From: Planctomycetaceae bacterium
Lineage (GTDB): Bacteria; Planctomycetota; Planctomycetia; Planctomycetales; Planctomycetaceae
Reading direction: 5' to 3'
DNA: 64,000 nucleotides
NCBI GenBank assembly: GCA_041398825.1
Contig: JAWKTX010000014.1
Location: 77,110 to 141,109, forward strand
Below the pieces are notes generated by a model that worked only from the letters and a program-made list of their open reading frames with translations, did not search any database and was not told the origin of the DNA. The position numbers and the translations under genes were made by a program. Shown here in pieces: positions 49,723 to 60,161 of the stretch (the stretch's first letter is position 1; each line of letters begins with the position of its first letter).

Positions 49723-52167
49723 TCAGTGCTGGAAAAGGAATTCCTTGCTGTTGATGATGGCCCATGCAATGTCTTCCAGAGCGCGGGTGCGGTCGTCATT
49801 GGCGGCAATGTGGGCTGCGGCAATTTCCTGTTCGCGCGGAGAAGCTTCTCGACTGAGTGCAGCCAGGTAGAGAGAGTTGATGATCTCCGCGTCCGATTTT
49901 CCTGCCGTGATCATTTGATGGACAACCCCGGCATCGGATCGGAGTTTGTTATGGACAGTTGGCCCATTGATCAGCTGGAGAGCCTGGCTGAGGTTGCTGT
50001 CCGTACTGCGTTCGCATTCACAGGGTAGTTCGCGTTGTGGCTGCCCGAAGACCTGAAGAAACTTATGGCCTTCCGGCGGGTCAACCAGATCGACAGCACA
50101 TGTGCCTGCCGGCATTCCCGGGAATTCTTCCTGAAGGCCGGTGACGGTGCAAATTGCATCGAGCAGTTGTTCTGCGGTTAACATCCGTGTTGTTGCATGG
50201 CTGAAATAAATTTCGTCGTCTTCATTGAACTGATTTCGCCGGGAACTGAGCTGGTAGACGCGGCTTGCCATGATTGTGCGAATCAGGTGCTTTGCGGAGA
50301 ACCCGCTCTTGACAAGTTCGTCGGCAAGATAGTTCAGCAGTTCCGGGTTGGAAGGTGGATTAGAATCGCGGAAATCATCGACGGGATCAACAATTCCCCT
50401 GCCAACGACGTGTCCCCAGATGCGATTGGCAACGGATTTTGCGAAGAAGGGATTCTTCGGGCCGGTTAACCAGTTGGCAAAGATGACTCGACGATCCTGA
50501 TCAGCAGGAACATCAACGTCGCCTTCCAGTAGAAGTCGCGTCTTCATGACCTGGCCGGTCCGTGGCTGAGTCACCTCACCACCTCCGCTCACGAAGATGA
50601 ATTCATCATCCGGTAGTCCGGTTTCTTTTCGTCCAACTCGTTTGAACGCTGCTGCCAGGCCGTAATAGTCGTCCTGTGTCCATTTTTCGAAAGGATGATT
50701 GTGACACTTGGCACACTGGATACGAACGCCCATAAACAGCTGGGCAGTTGTCTCTGTCGCATCGATTTCGTCACGGCTGGCCTTCCAGTAATAGGCAGCG
50801 GGGTTGGCTTGGGTGCTTCCGGTGGCGGTCAGGAGTTCTCGCGTGAACTGATCCAGCGGGGTATCCTGATTGACCACATCAAATAACCACCGTCGGAACT
50901 TATGAACGCCGGTCGCGGACATCTTGCGGCTGTTGCTGCGAAGAAGGTCGGCCCATTTCATGGACCAGAAGCGAGCGTAGTCGTCGCTTGCCAGCAGACG
51001 CTCGACCAGTTGTGCTCGCTTGTCCGGGGATGCATCCGAAATGAACTGCAGAGTTTCATTTGTGTTCGGCAGGCGTCCGGCAAGGTCCAGTGTGGCCCGT
51101 CGAAGGTAGTCTGTATCACTGCATAATTCGGAGGGCTGAATCTGAAGTTGCTGCAGTTTTCCAAAGACGAGCTCGTCGATCCGATTGTTTGGTGATGGGT
51201 TGGGCCACTGAAAATCCGGTCGGTCGGTCAGGAATGTAATCATGGTGGTCGACATGCGATCCAGGTACCGGGCCAGAATAGTTGCTTCACCGCGCCCTTC
51301 TCGCCGAACGACTCCGGCAGCCGAAATCGTAGCAATGTTTTCGTCAGAAGAATCGAAAGCGGTCAGGGCAGTCACGTCGCGGATGGTGCCATCGCTGTAG
51401 TAGCCGTTTACGACCAGTTGCTGGCGGTCTGCCCCATCCCGCAAAACGCGAGGCGATGGCAGCAGTTCGATGCGATCCAGCGTCGGAGTTCCTTCTGGTT
51501 CGGTTCGCATTCCTTCCGCAATCCATTGCCGCAGGACAACGTGGCTGGCATCGTTAGCGTCGAGTCGACGACCACCACCATGCGCGACTTCCATCAGCGG
51601 CTTTCTCAGCAACAGACTTTCATCCGGTTGAAGCACATTGGAACGACGATTGAAGAACTCACCGCGAAGAGTGACCAGATCCAGTTCCGGATCGTACCCA
51701 CGCAGCGACAGGCGAAAACCGCCTTTTCCAGACGGTGAACCATGGCAAGCTCCCATGTTGCAACCAGACTTTGTCAGCGCAGCGAGAACTTCCGTGTGAA
51801 ACAGAACAGGGCTCGATTGTTCAAAGCCAGTCACAGTCACGGTTGCGGAAGACTCTTTACCATCGACGACGGCTTTGATGGTGGCGGTTCCGTTGCCCGT
51901 CGCTTTCGCGATTCCATGGTCAACAGTGACAACGGCCGGGTTATCCGATTCGATGGTGACTTCGTGAGTCATGTCGCGAATGGTCAGGGTGTCCGGGTTG
52001 GCGGTCACCATCAGTTGTTGGGTTGCACGCGGCCCCTGCAGTACGAATTCTGCTGGTTGAAGTTGCACACTGTCAGCAGTTGGGGCGTCTTCGGCAGCAG
52101 CGAATGCCGAAGTGATGCTCAGGCAAACGATTGCGACGCATCGAGATTTGAAAACGGTCGTCATCAT
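49723..52167 (-). CDS. DUF1549/DUF1553 protein with Big_2 domains (planctomycete PSD family)
   Basis: The signal peptide is MMTTVFKSRCVAIVCLSITSAFAAA, with GAGG 7 nt upstream of the ATG at 52167. Big_2-like sequence is present (NGTATIKAVVDG). DUF1549 is represented by CAKCHNHPFEKWTQDDYY and DUF1553 by FAKSVANRIWGHVVGRGIVDPVDDF. The track ORF extends to 52434. Confidence 0.85.
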   Translation of the reverse strand: MMTTVFKSRCVAIVCLSITSAFAAAEDAPTADSVQLQPAEFVLQGPRATQQLMVTANPDTLTIRDMTHEVTIESDNPAVVTVDHGIAKATGNGTATIKAVVDGKESSATVTVTGFEQSSPVLFHTEVLAALTKSGCNMGACHGSPSGKGGFRLSLRGYDPELDLVTLRGEFFNRRSNVLQPDESLLLRKPLMEVAHGGGRRLDANDASHVVLRQWIAEGMRTEPEGTPTLDRIELLPSPRVLRDGADRQQLVVNGYYSDGTIRDVTALTAFDSSDENIATISAAGVVRREGRGEATILARYLDRMSTTMITFLTDRPDFQWPNPSPNNRIDELVFGKLQQLQIQPSELCSDTDYLRRATLDLAGRLPNTNETLQFISDASPDKRAQLVERLLASDDYARFWSMKWADLLRSNSRKMSATGVHKFRRWLFDVVNQDTPLDQFTRELLTATGSTQANPAAYYWKASRDEIDATETTAQLFMGVRIQCAKCHNHPFEKWTQDDYYGLAAAFKRVGRKETGLPDDEFIFVSGGGEVTQPRTGQVMKTRLLLEGDVDVPADQDRRVIFANWLTGPKNPFFAKSVANRIWGHVVGRGIVDPVDDFRDSNPPSNPELLNYLADELVKSGFSAKHLIRTIMASRVYQLSSRRNQFNEDDEIYFSHATTRMLTAEQLLDAICTVTGLQEEFPGMPAGTCAVDLVDPPEGHKFLQVFGQPQRELPCECERSTDSNLSQALQLINGPTVHNKLRSDAGVVHQMITAGKSDAEIINSLYLAALSREASPREQEIAAAHIAANDDRTRALEDIAWAIINSKEFLFQH

Positions 52168-52336
52168 GATGGAACCTCGGATTACGATTTGTTCGCTTTT
52201 CGGCGAGCAACAGGCGAGTCGTCGTTTCGGAGCTGTTGGCACAAGTCTGTGACAAGTTTGCAAAGACTCTTTCGACTTCTCCAGAGACACGAGATTCTCA
52301 CGAATCCCGTAACCGTGACGCTTTACAATGGGTCTT

Positions 52337-54232
52337 CTATTCAACGATTTCCACCGTAATCGGTGGAAGAGGGTAGGTGGCTGTTTCCTTGTCTTTCCTG
52401 GCTGTTCCCTGCACGAAGACGGAGCACTTGCCAACGGCGGCGTCAGCGGCCGCAGTGACCGTCAGTATGGCTTCGGACTTCTCATTTTCGAACTTGATGT
52501 TCGGCACAGTGAGACCTGGCAACAATTGATCTGCTGGCGCTGCGAGGGCGATTTCTATCTCCATTTTCCAGTCATTGTTTCGTACGGCTTTCAATGCAAC
52601 TGTCGAGGATTCTCCTCGCTTGAGTGTGACGACTGCAGGATCCGGCGTGATGGAAAACTGAGCCGCAGGACGGATCGCAGCAAAGACGTCGGATCGAGCC
52701 AGGATTGATTGAAACCGTTCCCCGGCTTTGGCCTTTGTCGGTGGTGGTGCCGTTCGGGTGAAGACCAACGGGGGAGTTTCCCGCCCAGGCGACGTGAGCT
52801 GAAACTGAAGAGCTCCAAATTCTGTGGTAACGTCTTCACTGGCTGCATTCGTCGCGGTCAGTGTGATGGGGACCACGGATTGCTTTGGACCCAGGAAGAT
52901 CGGCATCATCACCAGGGCATCTGGTAAATTCACGGGCTCCAGGACCAGTGGTCCGTCAAAGTGAATTCGTTTGACCGTCGCTGCCAGCGAAAGGCTGCCT
53001 CCCCGCGGGACATTCATTCGGTCTGAAGGGATGGTCAGCTCAATTCGACCTTCGCCTCGGTTCAGCTGCAGTTCGTACGTCCATTCAGGTCCACCCCGCC
53101 CGGCCAGCTCCTTCACCAGAAGCAGATACTCACCAGCTGCCGGAAGCGACGTGATCAGCTGGGCATCCAGCGGACCGTTGTCGTCTGCCTCTGCCAGCTT
53201 CTTTCCATCGGACGACCACAACTGCAATACCAGGTCTGCTGCGCTGCCAATGTCACGCGTGGATGACGTGACGCAGAGTGGCGATGCGTCAGTGGCCTGA
53301 ATGCGATACCAGTCAATATCTCCCGGTTCCTGAAGTGAGCCGGTGATGAACTGAGTCTCAGCGGACACCAGCGAGGCCGACTCCTGATTGTTGTTGGGTT
53401 CGGCGTCGTTGGCAGCTTCGGACTGCTGCCAGGGGTGCATGCGGGCATCGATGGACTTCAATGGAAAATCACCGATGCGAAGATGGAAGAAGTGCCTCCC
53501 GCCTCCCGTGTATTTGACATCACGAAGTTCGATGTTGTATTCCCCCGATGCCGGCGCCTCAAAGCGAAGGGCAGCGTCTCCCTGTAAACCGGGGACATCG
53601 TCAGAGAATCCCACTTCTCTCCCTTGTGGATCTGTGATTCGCAGGACGGGATCCAGGTCCGATCCAAGCCGTCTGGCCAGCACTTCCAGCGACAGCCCCT
53701 GGCCCTGTTGCAGCGGGATCCTGAAGAAACGTGACTTGACCGGATTCAGCTGCCCGACCACAAACGCGGACTCCGGAATCAATTGTGGAGTGGTGGAAAC
53801 TTCAGACTCCGCTGCCAGTTGAACTCCGGGAAGGACATCAACCACCAGAAGCTGCGAAGCTGACGAACCCTGGTCGGTGATAACCCGTGCCGAATAAACA
53901 TCCGGTTCAACGTCTTTCGGGACATCGCCTTCAAAAACCACCAGATTGTCCACATTTTGGTCGTGCCCTGCTGTCGGGGACATGACTCCGAAGGGTAGCC
54001 ACAGTCGGCGAACGTTCTTCAGGCCTTTTCCGTAAACCGCCAATGTCGAGTGGCTTCCGGGCTGGAGAGACGAATACTCAATCCGGTCAATCGTCGGTTC
54101 CTGCGATCGTGCATCGATGCCGGGGAAAACGGAGACGGCAAGGACCGACAACCAAATGCAGGTGCGAATGGTGGCAGCAAGACGAGGATTGTTAGTGAGT
54201 TCAGCCATGGAAGGCAGGTTTTCGAAGAACAA
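52337..54232 (-). CDS. secreted protein with pre-peptidase C-terminal (PPC)-like domains
   Basis: The 631-aa ORF has an N-terminal signal/anchor. Repeated beta-rich modules carry PPC-type motifs (EPGDIDWYRIQAT, SGEYNIELRD). It lies upstream of, and on the same strand as, the DUF1553 gene. Confidence 0.6.
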   Translation of the reverse strand: MFFENLPSMAELTNNPRLAATIRTCIWLSVLAVSVFPGIDARSQEPTIDRIEYSSLQPGSHSTLAVYGKGLKNVRRLWLPFGVMSPTAGHDQNVDNLVVFEGDVPKDVEPDVYSARVITDQGSSASQLLVVDVLPGVQLAAESEVSTTPQLIPESAFVVGQLNPVKSRFFRIPLQQGQGLSLEVLARRLGSDLDPVLRITDPQGREVGFSDDVPGLQGDAALRFEAPASGEYNIELRDVKYTGGGRHFFHLRIGDFPLKSIDARMHPWQQSEAANDAEPNNNQESASLVSAETQFITGSLQEPGDIDWYRIQATDASPLCVTSSTRDIGSAADLVLQLWSSDGKKLAEADDNGPLDAQLITSLPAAGEYLLLVKELAGRGGPEWTYELQLNRGEGRIELTIPSDRMNVPRGGSLSLAATVKRIHFDGPLVLEPVNLPDALVMMPIFLGPKQSVVPITLTATNAASEDVTTEFGALQFQLTSPGRETPPLVFTRTAPPPTKAKAGERFQSILARSDVFAAIRPAAQFSITPDPAVVTLKRGESSTVALKAVRNNDWKMEIEIALAAPADQLLPGLTVPNIKFENEKSEAILTVTAAADAAVGKCSVFVQGTARKDKETATYPLPPITVEIVE

Positions 54233-54594
54233 ATGGCTGGGGTGGGCGCGTAGGAAGAGTGCCAGTCTACGCAGCTGACAGCGGCTTCGTCAAAGCGAAA
54301 GCCCCTTCTGAGGGAGTTGCCGGCTGTTTTGATTCGGGCATTCGTCACATTCGAACGGGATCAAACCACAGTCCCCGGAGAATGACGAAACCATAGGAAG
54401 GACGGTTTTGACAACTGGGCGCAAAACGGTCATTCTTAAAACAGCGGCAGGGGATTTGCCCCTGTCAGATCAGATTTCAGACCGAGAAGAACTGCTGCCT
54501 GAGCCGCCGGGCTGTTTCCCTTGATGGCCCGTCCTGAGCTTTGTGGTGTGATTTGGCAGCGACCGGCTCGGAGGGATTTCGCAGGGTGAGATCG

Positions 54595-56436
54595 ATGAAG
54601 ACTGTCTTTGCGTTCGCATTAATTCTGGTGTTCTGCTGCACGCTTATTTTTAGTGGCCCGGCGGTTCTTAGTGGCCCGACTGTGTCTGCAGCATTGCCAC
54701 CTGAAGTCCGGAAGGAACTGGCCAGTCTGCAGAAGGACCTGCGATCCGTGACGACGCTGGTGCGAAAAAAAGAAGTGGATGAAGCCAAGGCCTTGATTCG
54801 GAAAGTCGAAGATCGACTCGCCGAATTGGCGATCAGCGACGACGAAAAGGACCGGAGCTTCACAGCGCTCAAAAGCACTTTGGAGCGGTCGAAGCTCCTG
54901 ATTCCGGTGAGTTTCGAACAGCAGGTGGCCCCGATATTGAAGGACAATTGTGTGAGTTGCCACGACGCCGATAGTGCTGGAGGCATGCTGCGTCTGGATA
55001 CCTATACAAATATGACGCGCGGAAGCCGAAGTGGTCCCCTGGCAATTCCCGGGCGTCCACTGAATAGTTTGATTATGGCTAAAATCATGACGCCGGATAT
55101 GCGGCAACGAATGCCCAGGAACGCGGCGAAACTGTCAGACGAAGACATCAGCTTGATCGGCCGGTGGATTGAGCAGGGTGCGGAATTTGATGGCGAAGAC
55201 AAGGACGCCATGATTGGCGAATCCACAACTCCGAAAAAGCCACCTGTTAAAGTTGTCATGGCCGATGGATCCGAAACCGTATCCTTTATGAAGGATGTTG
55301 CCCCGTTCCTGGTCACAATCTGTCTGGGCTGTCATTCAGGAAACAACCCTCGGGGCGGTTACAACGTGACCACATTCGAACAGTTACTTTCGGATGGCGA
55401 CACCGGCAGCACGATTGTCCCTGGCAATCCGGACGAGAGTTACATTGTCGATCTTGTCCTTCGACAGGACCCATTGAAGATGCCGGCGGGCCAGGCCCGA
55501 ATCAAGCAGTCGCAGGCTCTGGCGCTGGAAAAGTGGATCCGTGAAGGTGCCCATTTCGATGGTCGGGATCCGAAAGCACCATTGCGAAGTCTGGTGCCCA
55601 CCGATGCAGAAATCGAAGCGGCCCGTCTGGCTGCGATGTCCGACGAAGACTTCAGCAAACGCAGAATCGATCAGGCTGCCAGCATTTGGAAGCAGGTTTC
55701 ACCAAGAGCCGAAGGCGTGACTCATACAACTGATAATCTTGTCGTTCATGGTAACGTCACGGACGCTCGATTGAAGCAGTTCGGCGAATGGGGCGAATCG
55801 CACCTGGCTGGCCTGATGGAGAAATACAAGCTTCCGTCCGGTAGTCAGCCATGGCGTGGACGGTTGATCGTATTTGTCACGAAGGATCGTTTCGACTACG
55901 AAGAATTCAATACTGTCTTAATGGATGGCAGAAGGACGCCCAAAAGTATTTCGGGACACGCATTCCTGACGCCTCGCTTCGAAACGATGTATGTTGCGAT
56001 GCATGACGTGGGCGATACTGAATCCGCAAATTCCATGTCTGCACAGCAATTGCTGAATTCACTGCTCAGCGAAGCCTATCTGAATCGTAGTGGTGCAAGT
56101 CTTCCGGACTGGCTGCGACAGGGTTTTGGGATGATGGAATCCGGCATGGCGCCCGGTTCTGAGTTTGCAAAGGCGCTGCCAGGCCGCGCGATTCAGGCTT
56201 TATCGACCATCACAGACGCCAGCAGAATCTTCGAAAACAATACGTTCGCTCCGGATGAAGTGGGCCCCGTTGGTTATCTGCTGGTCCGGTTTTTGATTTC
56301 GAACGGAGGTGTCGGAAAGATTCAGCAACTGATCGGCTCGCTCAGCACAAATCCGAATGTTGGCCAGGCGATCCAGCAGGCTTATGGAACATCGGCTGCG
56401 AATCTGGGGCAGGCATTCATGAAAAATGGCCGTTGA
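54595..56436 (+). CDS. PSCyt1-type protein with two CxxCH motifs
   Basis: The signal peptide is MKTVFAFALILVFCCTLIF. Two planctomycete cytochrome-c-like motifs are present: CVSCHDADSAGGMLRLDTY and CLGCHSGNNPRGGYNVTTFEQL. The C-terminal ~250 aa are unassigned. The ATG at 54595 is preferred over the track start at 54541. Confidence 0.7.
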   Translation: MKTVFAFALILVFCCTLIFSGPAVLSGPTVSAALPPEVRKELASLQKDLRSVTTLVRKKEVDEAKALIRKVEDRLAELAISDDEKDRSFTALKSTLERSKLLIPVSFEQQVAPILKDNCVSCHDADSAGGMLRLDTYTNMTRGSRSGPLAIPGRPLNSLIMAKIMTPDMRQRMPRNAAKLSDEDISLIGRWIEQGAEFDGEDKDAMIGESTTPKKPPVKVVMADGSETVSFMKDVAPFLVTICLGCHSGNNPRGGYNVTTFEQLLSDGDTGSTIVPGNPDESYIVDLVLRQDPLKMPAGQARIKQSQALALEKWIREGAHFDGRDPKAPLRSLVPTDAEIEAARLAAMSDEDFSKRRIDQAASIWKQVSPRAEGVTHTTDNLVVHGNVTDARLKQFGEWGESHLAGLMEKYKLPSGSQPWRGRLIVFVTKDRFDYEEFNTVLMDGRRTPKSISGHAFLTPRFETMYVAMHDVGDTESANSMSAQQLLNSLLSEAYLNRSGASLPDWLRQGFGMMESGMAPGSEFAKALPGRAIQALSTITDASRIFENNTFAPDEVGPVGYLLVRFLISNGGVGKIQQLIGSLSTNPNVGQAIQQAYGTSAANLGQAFMKNGR

Positions 56437-56545
56437 AAACGCTGCCCGCCAGACAGATCAGCAGTTCTCACCGAGCCTGATGGTTCGGTTGAGTGGTAAA
56501 CACGACTCTACTGGTGTTGAAGGTGTTGAATTGAAGGTGCAGAAA

Positions 56546-57361
56546 ATGAATCGGATTGTCGTGGCGTTGCTTTGGCACCTTCTGTTCGTGCCTGTGGTCT
56601 GTGGTCAAAGTTCGGAGTATTCCCTGGAAGAGAATGTCCCGTATCGATCGGGCGATGAGCTGACCGACTACATGAGGGAACGTTGCCGGCTGGACGTGTA
56701 CTACCCCCGAAACAAGACTCAGTTTTCCACCGTGGTGTGGTTTCACGGCGGCGGAATCAGTGCCGGAGAAAAGTCGATACCGCCGGGGTTAAAAGAAAAA
56801 GGGATTGCGGTTGTCGCCGTCAACTATCGATTGAGCCCCCATGTTCGGGCTCCGGCCTATCTGGAAGATGCCGCAGCGGCCGTTGCATGGACCTTCCGTA
56901 ATATTGAGCGATTCGGGGGCTCCCGAGCCAGGATCTTTGTCAGTGGGCATTCTGCAGGCGGCTACCTGACCAGCATGATTGGGCTGGATAAGTCGTGGCT
57001 GCAGGCGGAGGGCGTGGATGCTGATGATATTGCCGGGTTAATTCCGTACAGCGGTCACACCATCACTCACTTTACCATTCGAAGTGAGATGGGGCTGAGC
57101 AGGACCCAGCCGCTGGTCGACCGGTATGCCCCCCTGTTTCATGTCAGGGACGATGCGCCGCCGCTGTTGCTGATCACGGGGGATCGAGACATGGAGATGC
57201 TGGGGCGGTATGAAGAAAACGCTTATCTTTGGAGGATGATGAAGGAAGCCGGGCATGCGAAAACTGAATTGTTTGAGCTGGAAGGGTACGATCACGGTGG
57301 AATGGCCGAGCCCTCTCACCCACTGCTGCTGAAGTTCATTCGACAGCACGCGTCCCGCTGA
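56546..57361 (+). CDS. secreted alpha/beta-hydrolase esterase/lipase
   Basis: The signal peptide is MNRIVVALLWHLLFVPVVCG. The HGG oxyanion motif is VVWFHGGG and the GxSxG nucleophile is SGHSAGGY. A C-terminal DHG supplies the catalytic His. The track ORF starts at 56426. Confidence 0.85.
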   Translation: MNRIVVALLWHLLFVPVVCGQSSEYSLEENVPYRSGDELTDYMRERCRLDVYYPRNKTQFSTVVWFHGGGISAGEKSIPPGLKEKGIAVVAVNYRLSPHVRAPAYLEDAAAAVAWTFRNIERFGGSRARIFVSGHSAGGYLTSMIGLDKSWLQAEGVDADDIAGLIPYSGHTITHFTIRSEMGLSRTQPLVDRYAPLFHVRDDAPPLLLITGDRDMEMLGRYEENAYLWRMMKEAGHAKTELFELEGYDHGGMAEPSHPLLLKFIRQHASR

Positions 57362-57850
57362 CCTTGACGTAGGAACTGTTCCAGAAACCTGGAATTGGTT
57401 GTGCATGAACAGCAACAGGAGTTTGCACATCCTTCAGGCCGGTCTATGAGGCGGTTTACCTTGTGAAAGGCCCGGAACTTGTTCTCTGGCTTTCGGAATA
57501 TCGGATAAGGGAACGGTATCTGGTGTTGAATGGCGGCAGTATCGTCGGTATTCTCCCGCGTTTCCGCGATTTTTGCCGTGTCTGGGATCACCATCGTACG
57601 GCTTGATGGAATCACTTGAAGAGAATCTCTGGTCGGTGTGTACGCAAAGCGGGCGTGCCGGAGCTGAGATTCTTCCTGTTTGATGTCTGGAATTCTTTCC
57701 GGCGGAGACCTGATTCCAGTTTGCGGGCCGAAATGGCCGAAACAACGCTGCATCCACCCATTTGGTTACAGGACGCGTTTGTTGGTGGCGTTTTGTCGGT
57801 ATACCCGACTTGTGAATACATTTGACAGAATTTGAATTGGGATATCCTCG

Positions 57851-58405
57851 ATGTCCGAAGATCTTCGACTTCCAGTGGAACGCCGCGGTAAGCTGGGTTC
57901 AGCAGAAAGCCGGCGCCTGCGAATTGCTGGTCGTACGCCTGCAAATCTTTACGGAATGGGTAAATCGCCCGAATCCGTGACTGTTTGTTCAGAGCTTGTT
58001 GAAAAGCTTGTCGCGACTCGATCATCTGTTGTTGATGTCGAGCTGGACGGGCAGACTGAAAAGGCTGTGGTGCAGGAGCTGCAGTGGGATGTCTTCAGTA
58101 CGCATGTTCATCACCTGGACCTGAAGCGGGTCGATCCTGATGGTGTGGCGACTCTGGATGTTCCTATTGAGCTGCGTGGTGAGGCGGTTGGTTTGAAGGA
58201 CGGCGGTGCAATTCGCCAGTTGTCCAAAACCATCCGAATTACTTGTCCGGATTACCGGATACCTCGGTCAATCGTAGTTCGAACAGGGGCTTTGCGGATT
58301 GGCGATTCTGTGAAAGCGGGCGATGTTCAGTTGCCTGAGCACGCGACCCTGGCAGGTGATGCAGGGGCCGTTCTTGTTGAATTGTACGACCCCCGAAAGG
58401 TTTGA
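57851..58405 (+). CDS. rplY: 50S ribosomal protein L25 / general stress protein Ctc
   Basis: The 184-aa ORF contains RGKLGSAESRRLRIAGRTPANLYG. It sits directly upstream of pth, the conserved order. Confidence 0.88.
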   Translation: MSEDLRLPVERRGKLGSAESRRLRIAGRTPANLYGMGKSPESVTVCSELVEKLVATRSSVVDVELDGQTEKAVVQELQWDVFSTHVHHLDLKRVDPDGVATLDVPIELRGEAVGLKDGGAIRQLSKTIRITCPDYRIPRSIVVRTGALRIGDSVKAGDVQLPEHATLAGDAGAVLVELYDPRKV

Positions 58406-58434
58406 TCGTCGCTTGTGTCGGGTTGTGCAGACTG

Positions 58435-59007
58435 ATGAAATTAATCGTAGGCCTCGGGAATCCCGGGGCGCAGTATGCAGGTACTCGGCACAACGTTGGG
58501 TTTGATGTGATTTCGGATCTGTGCCAGCGATGGCAGGTTGGGAAATCACAGCTGAAATATCAGTCAGAGATGTGGGAGTCTTTTCAGGGGGGCCAAAAGG
58601 TCCTTCTGGTAGCCCCTCAGACATACATGAATCGAAGCGGAGAATCTGTTCAGCAGATTGCCCGCTTTTTTCAGGTTCCGTCGGAGCAGGTTCTTGTGAT
58701 CTGCGACGATATGAATCTGCCGGTGGGGCAGCTCCGATGGCGGGCTGCGGGATCGGCTGGTGGTCAAAAAGGATTGGCGGACATCATTCTTCGTTTGGCA
58801 ACGGAGCAAGTTCCCCGGTTGCGGATCGGGGTTGGTCGGCCACCCGGAAGAATGGACGCAAGTTCATGGGTTCTGGGGCGATTTCGCCCTGATGAACAGG
58901 ATGTGATAGGCGTTGCCCTGAAAAGAGCTGCAGATTCTGTGGAAACAGCGGTCTGTGAATCGGTAGTGGCAGCGATGAATAAGTACAATCGTGCTGACGA
59001 AGGCTGA
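58435..59007 (+). CDS. pth: peptidyl-tRNA hydrolase
   Basis: The ORF begins MKLIVGLGNPGAQYAGTRHNVGFDV and contains TYMNRSGESV. The track ORF starts earlier, at 58402. Confidence 0.92.
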   Translation: MKLIVGLGNPGAQYAGTRHNVGFDVISDLCQRWQVGKSQLKYQSEMWESFQGGQKVLLVAPQTYMNRSGESVQQIARFFQVPSEQVLVICDDMNLPVGQLRWRAAGSAGGQKGLADIILRLATEQVPRLRIGVGRPPGRMDASSWVLGRFRPDEQDVIGVALKRAADSVETAVCESVVAAMNKYNRADEG

Positions 59008-59082
59008 CCCCGTTCTTCCGAGCGGGGGTGGCAGATAGAATTTGCCCTGGTTTGTAACCTGTTGTTGAGGAGCGTGAGTTAG

Positions 59083-59508
59083 GTGTCTGTTGCAGAAGCA
59101 AAACCGGTTCGAGAGAACCAATACGAAGGCATGTTCCTTGTTGACAGTGGCAAGTTCGCCATGGATTCAGAAGGCGTCGTGGCCCAGATCATGGCGGTTC
59201 TGAAGCGTGCGGGGGCCAATGTTGTGGCTCATCGTCCCTGGCAGGACGGAAAGCTGGCCTATGAAATTGAAGGCATGAAAAAGGGCCTGCATTACATCGT
59301 CTGCTTTACCATGCCAAGTCAGGGGATGACGGTCCTCAACCGTCAGGCACATTTGAACGAAACAATCGTTCGGCACATGGTTATTCGCCATCCGAAAGAA
59401 GTGTTCGAAGCAACTGTGGCTGCAATCACTGGTTCCGGTGCGAGCGAAGAATCGGCCGAAGAAGGTGAATCTGCCCCTACTGACGAAGGCTCTGAAGCAG
59501 CAGAATGA
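59083..59508 (+). CDS. rpsF: 30S ribosomal protein S6
   Basis: The 141-aa ORF reads YEGMFLVDS...WQDGKLAYEIEGMKKGLHYIVCF and ends in an acidic C-terminal tail. Confidence 0.9.
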   Translation: MSVAEAKPVRENQYEGMFLVDSGKFAMDSEGVVAQIMAVLKRAGANVVAHRPWQDGKLAYEIEGMKKGLHYIVCFTMPSQGMTVLNRQAHLNETIVRHMVIRHPKEVFEATVAAITGSGASEESAEEGESAPTDEGSEAAE

Positions 59509-59593
59509 TGCTGCACCTCCGTCCAGAGTTTCCGTCCCGTACACGTGGCGTTGTGGCTCTGTCTGAGGATCATCAACCGCGGAGTGTCCTGCG

Positions 59594-60097
59594 ATGGCAT
59601 CGTTCAACAAGGTGATTTTGGTCGGAAACCTGACTCGTGACCCCGAAGTTCGCTACACAACCGGCGGAACAGCGGTAACTGAGCTGGGGATGGCCGTGAG
59701 TCGTCAGTGGACCGATAAAGGTTCGAATGAACGAAAAGAGGAAACCACGTTTGTCGACGTGACACTCTGGGGCCGAACTGCAGAGATTGCAGGAGAGTAC
59801 CTTTCGAAGGGGCGACCCGTCCTGATCGAGGGTCGATTGCAACTGGATCAGTGGGAAGACCGGGAAACGGGTCAAAAACGATCGAAGCTGAAGGTGGTTG
59901 GTGAGTCCATGCACATGCTTGGTGGGCGCAATGACAGCGGATCTGGCGGAGCTCCCCAGTCAGCTGGTCAGGGGCGACCTGCCAGCAATCGTTCATCGAT
60001 TGGAGCAGGCGGAGACGAAGATCACAGCGGCGGGCGATCACCGGATCAAACGTTTTACGACGACGTACCGAGTTCGGATGACGACGTGCCGTTCTAG
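59594..60097 (+). CDS. ssb: single-stranded DNA-binding protein
   Basis: The ORF begins MASFNKVILVGNLTRDPEVRYT, has a Gly/Ser-rich linker and ends in the acidic tip DDDVPF. Confidence 0.93.
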   Translation: MASFNKVILVGNLTRDPEVRYTTGGTAVTELGMAVSRQWTDKGSNERKEETTFVDVTLWGRTAEIAGEYLSKGRPVLIEGRLQLDQWEDRETGQKRSKLKVVGESMHMLGGRNDSGSGGAPQSAGQGRPASNRSSIGAGGDEDHSGGRSPDQTFYDDVPSSDDDVPF

Positions 60098-60161
60098 CAT
60101 TGTTTGGAATCAAAAGGCTGAGGTCATAGCCTCGTTTAAGATTTAAGGAATTGGTGATTCA

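Noticed and set aside
57362-57850. ~490-bp gap upstream of rplY containing minus-strand ORFs of 107-145 aa and a TTGACA at 57822
   Set aside because: The ORF translations are Arg/Pro-rich with no motifs. The TTGACA has no acceptable -10 hexamer at 16-18 bp. I could not draw a convincing conserved RNA structure by eye, so no feature is called.
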